NCBI GenBank assembly: GCA_963667785.2
Contig: CAXXMU010000001.1
Coordinates: 288,001 to 352,000, forward strand
Source: Alphaproteobacteria bacterium
GTDB lineage: Bacteria > Pseudomonadota > Alphaproteobacteria > UBA828
DNA: 64,000 bases
Direction: 5' to 3'
Made by a program: the position numbers and the translations under genes. Below are positions 61,698 to 64,000 of this stretch, piece by piece. The notes under the pieces were generated by a model, which was not told the DNA's origin, did no database searches, and saw only the letters and a program-made list of their open reading frames with translations. The first letter of the stretch is position 1; every line of letters begins with the position of its first letter.

Positions 61698-62840
61698 ATG
61701 CTGTTGGAACGGTTGAGGCTGGAGCCGACGGCGCAGCGCCAGAACCTCTACCACGACAAGCGCGCGCAGTGGGCGATGTACGTCGTCGCCTTCGGCGCGC
61801 TCGCCACCATCCCGCTGTTCATGGGCGACGACCCCTTCGCCCTCAACCAGTTCGCGCGCTACGGCGTCTTCGGCATGCTGGCGCTCTCGGTCAGCCTGGT
61901 GTGGGGCTTCGGCGGCATCCTCAGCCTCGGCCAGGGGATCGCCTTCGGCATGGCGGCCTACGGCATGGGCGCCACCATGCAGATGCAGTACCAGGATCCG
62001 GAGTACGACCCGATCCCGAGCTTCATGCTGACCAACGAGCTCGAGAAGCTGCCGACGGTGTGGGAGCCGTTCTGGCATACCGAGGTCGGGCTGATCCTGG
62101 CGCTCGGAATCCCGACGCTCTTCTTCGTCATCTTCGGCATCCTGATGTTCCAGGCGCGGCTTGCCGGTGCGTTCGTCGCCATCATGACGCTCGCCATGCT
62201 CGGCGCCTGGTACAACATGGCCTACGACATGCAGCCGTTTACGGCGGGCTTCAACGGCATCTCGCCGCCCAACTCGTTCCAGGCGTTCGGCGTCGACGTC
62301 GACCCCTACAGCAGCATGATCTACTGGGTGGCGCTCGGCGTGCTCGCCGCACTCACCCTCGGAACCAAGGCGCTGCTCGCCAGCAAGTTCGGCACCATCA
62401 TCCAGGCGATACGAGACGACCCCGAACGAGCGCGCTTCCTCGGCTACAACGTCGCCTTCTACCAGGTGACGGTGTTCACGATCTCCGGCCTGATCGCGGC
62501 GATCGCGGGCATCGTCTGGGTGATGATCGTCCAGTACGTCTCGCCGACCTCGCTGGAGATCTTCTTCAGCATCACCATGGTGATCTGGGCGGCCGTCGGC
62601 GGCAGGCTCTCGCTCTTCGGCGCGATCTTCGGCGCGATCTTCATCAACACGATCCAGAGCTACGTGGGCGACGAGTTCCAGGCCGCCTGGTTCGTGATCC
62701 TCGGCACGATCTTCATCGTCGTCGTGCGATTCCTGCCGAAGGGGATCGCCGGCCTGTTCGAGATGATCGTCGGCCTCGTCCCCTATCGCGGCCGCGCGCC
62801 GGTCCAGCCGTCGCTCGGCCCGCGGCGGGCGTCGGACTAG
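61698..62840 (+). CDS. Urea/amide ABC permease UrtC-like
   Basis: WGFGGILSLGQG, AIRDD..RARFLGY and IWAAVGGR.SLFGA. Confidence 0.92.
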   Translation: MLLERLRLEPTAQRQNLYHDKRAQWAMYVVAFGALATIPLFMGDDPFALNQFARYGVFGMLALSVSLVWGFGGILSLGQGIAFGMAAYGMGATMQMQYQDPEYDPIPSFMLTNELEKLPTVWEPFWHTEVGLILALGIPTLFFVIFGILMFQARLAGAFVAIMTLAMLGAWYNMAYDMQPFTAGFNGISPPNSFQAFGVDVDPYSSMIYWVALGVLAALTLGTKALLASKFGTIIQAIRDDPERARFLGYNVAFYQVTVFTISGLIAAIAGIVWVMIVQYVSPTSLEIFFSITMVIWAAVGGRLSLFGAIFGAIFINTIQSYVGDEFQAAWFVILGTIFIVVVRFLPKGIAGLFEMIVGLVPYRGRAPVQPSLGPRRASD

Positions 62841-62846
62841 GAGGGC

Positions 62847-63608
62847 GTGGAGGTGGCTGCCATCCTGGAGGTCACGGACCTGACCAAGGCCTATGACGAG
62901 TACAAGGTCGTCGACGGCTTCAGCTTCCAGGTCGAGGAGGGCGAGCTGCGCTGCCTGCTCGGGCCCAACGGTGCCGGAAAGACCACGACGATGGACCTGA
63001 TCACCGGTCGCCAGAAGGTGACGGGTGGCAAGATCATGTTCCAGGGCCGCGACATCACGGGCCTGACGGAGCACCGGATCGTCAAGCACGGGATCGGCCG
63101 CAAGTTCCAGGTGCCGGCGGTGTTCAGGGACCTCACCGTGCGCGAGAACCTGCAGGTCGCCAACACGCAAAACACCAACCCCTTCATCAACATGATCACC
63201 TACCGCCAGCGGGCGGGGCGCGAGAGGCTCGGCGAGATCGCCGAGCTGGTCGGGCTGGAGGAGCGGCTGGACGAGCTCGGCGGCAACCTGAGCCACGGCG
63301 AGACCCAGTGGCTCGAGATCGGCATGGTGCTCACTCAGGATCCGAGGCTCCTGCTCATGGACGAGCCCACCGCCGGCATGACCGAGCAGGAGACCCACCG
63401 CACCTCCGAGATCTTCAACCGCCTCAAGGGAACGCACACGCTGGTCGTGGTCGAGCACGACATGGCCTTCGTGCGCGAGATCGCCGACATCATCACGCTC
63501 ATGCACCTGGGCAAGACCCTGGCGGAGGGCCCCATGCACGAGGTGGAAAACGATCCGAAGGTGCGCGAGGTCTATCTCGGCGCCGAGGGCATCAGCGATG
63601 CTGCTTGA
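62847..63608 (+). CDS. Urea/amide ABC ATPase UrtD-like
   Basis: GPNGAGKTT, GIGRKFQ.P, LSHGETQWLEIGM and DEPTAGMT. Confidence 0.92.
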   Translation: MEVAAILEVTDLTKAYDEYKVVDGFSFQVEEGELRCLLGPNGAGKTTTMDLITGRQKVTGGKIMFQGRDITGLTEHRIVKHGIGRKFQVPAVFRDLTVRENLQVANTQNTNPFINMITYRQRAGRERLGEIAELVGLEERLDELGGNLSHGETQWLEIGMVLTQDPRLLLMDEPTAGMTEQETHRTSEIFNRLKGTHTLVVVEHDMAFVREIADIITLMHLGKTLAEGPMHEVENDPKVREVYLGAEGISDAA

Positions 63609-64000
63609 GCTCGAAGGCGTCACTTCCTACTACGGGAAGACGCCGATCCTGCAGAACGTGAGCCTGGGCGTGCAGCACGGCCACTGCATGGCGGTGCTCG
63701 GGCGGAACGGAGTCGGCAAGACCACGCTGGTGCGCACCATCATGGGGCTGACCACGCGCATGACCGGCACGCTCAGGATCGCCGGCGAGGACGCGAGCAA
63801 CATGCCGACCCACCAGCGCTCCGAGATCGGCATGGGCTACATCCCGCAGGGACGCGGCATCCTGCCCAAGTTCTCGGTGCGCGAGAACATCCTGCTCGGG
63901 ACCTTCGCCCGCAACGACAAGCGGCGCAAGATCCCCGACATGTGCCTCGACCTCTTTCCCTATCTCGCCGAGAACCTGGACAAGCGGGCGGGGCAGCTCT
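63598..64000 (+). CDS. Urea/amide ABC ATPase UrtE-like (truncated by the window end)
   Basis: Hand translation MLLELEGVTSYYGKTPILQNVSL...GRNGVGKTTL...GMGYIPQGRGI. Confidence 0.88.
   Translation, partial: MLLELEGVTSYYGKTPILQNVSLGVQHGHCMAVLGRNGVGKTTLVRTIMGLTTRMTGTLRIAGEDASNMPTHQRSEIGMGYIPQGRGILPKFSVRENILLGTFARNDKRRKIPDMCLDLFPYLAENLDKRAGQL

Overview
A very GC-rich (roughly 70% by eye), gene-dense chromosomal segment from an alphaproteobacterium. The assignment is inferred from the gene orders ffh-rpsP-rimM-trmD-rplS-leuC-leuD, glnB-glnA and yggT-folD and from alphaproteobacterial-type palindromic repeats. It carries about 62 CDSs and one tRNA-Arg(TCT). Housekeeping islands alternate with acyl-CoA catabolic genes (methylmalonyl-CoA mutase and MeaB, thiolase, acyl-CoA dehydrogenases, liuBC-like genes, CoA ligase and transferase) and N-scavenging genes (cytosine-deaminase-like amidohydrolase, two urea/amide-type ABC systems with Tat-signal binding proteins). 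I found no integrase, transposase, phage gene or CRISPR array. The most notable items are: (1) a six-gene nicotinate-type operon (Mo-hydroxylase, 6-hydroxynicotinate reductase, ApbE-like UPF0280) that ends in an ATP-dependent hydantoinase/oxoprolinase pair where an enamidase would be expected; (2) a non-coding zone at 54.96-55.63 kb with tandem hairpin repeats and two arrays of helically phased (about 10-bp period) motifs; (3) a ~270-bp segment bounded by 35-bp inverted repeats between divergent SnoaL-like and outer-membrane beta-barrel genes, a candidate inverton, MITE or structured RNA; (4) an orphan MT-A70 methyltransferase directly upstream of methylmalonyl-CoA mutase. All calls come from motif recognition by eye, and no database searches were run.
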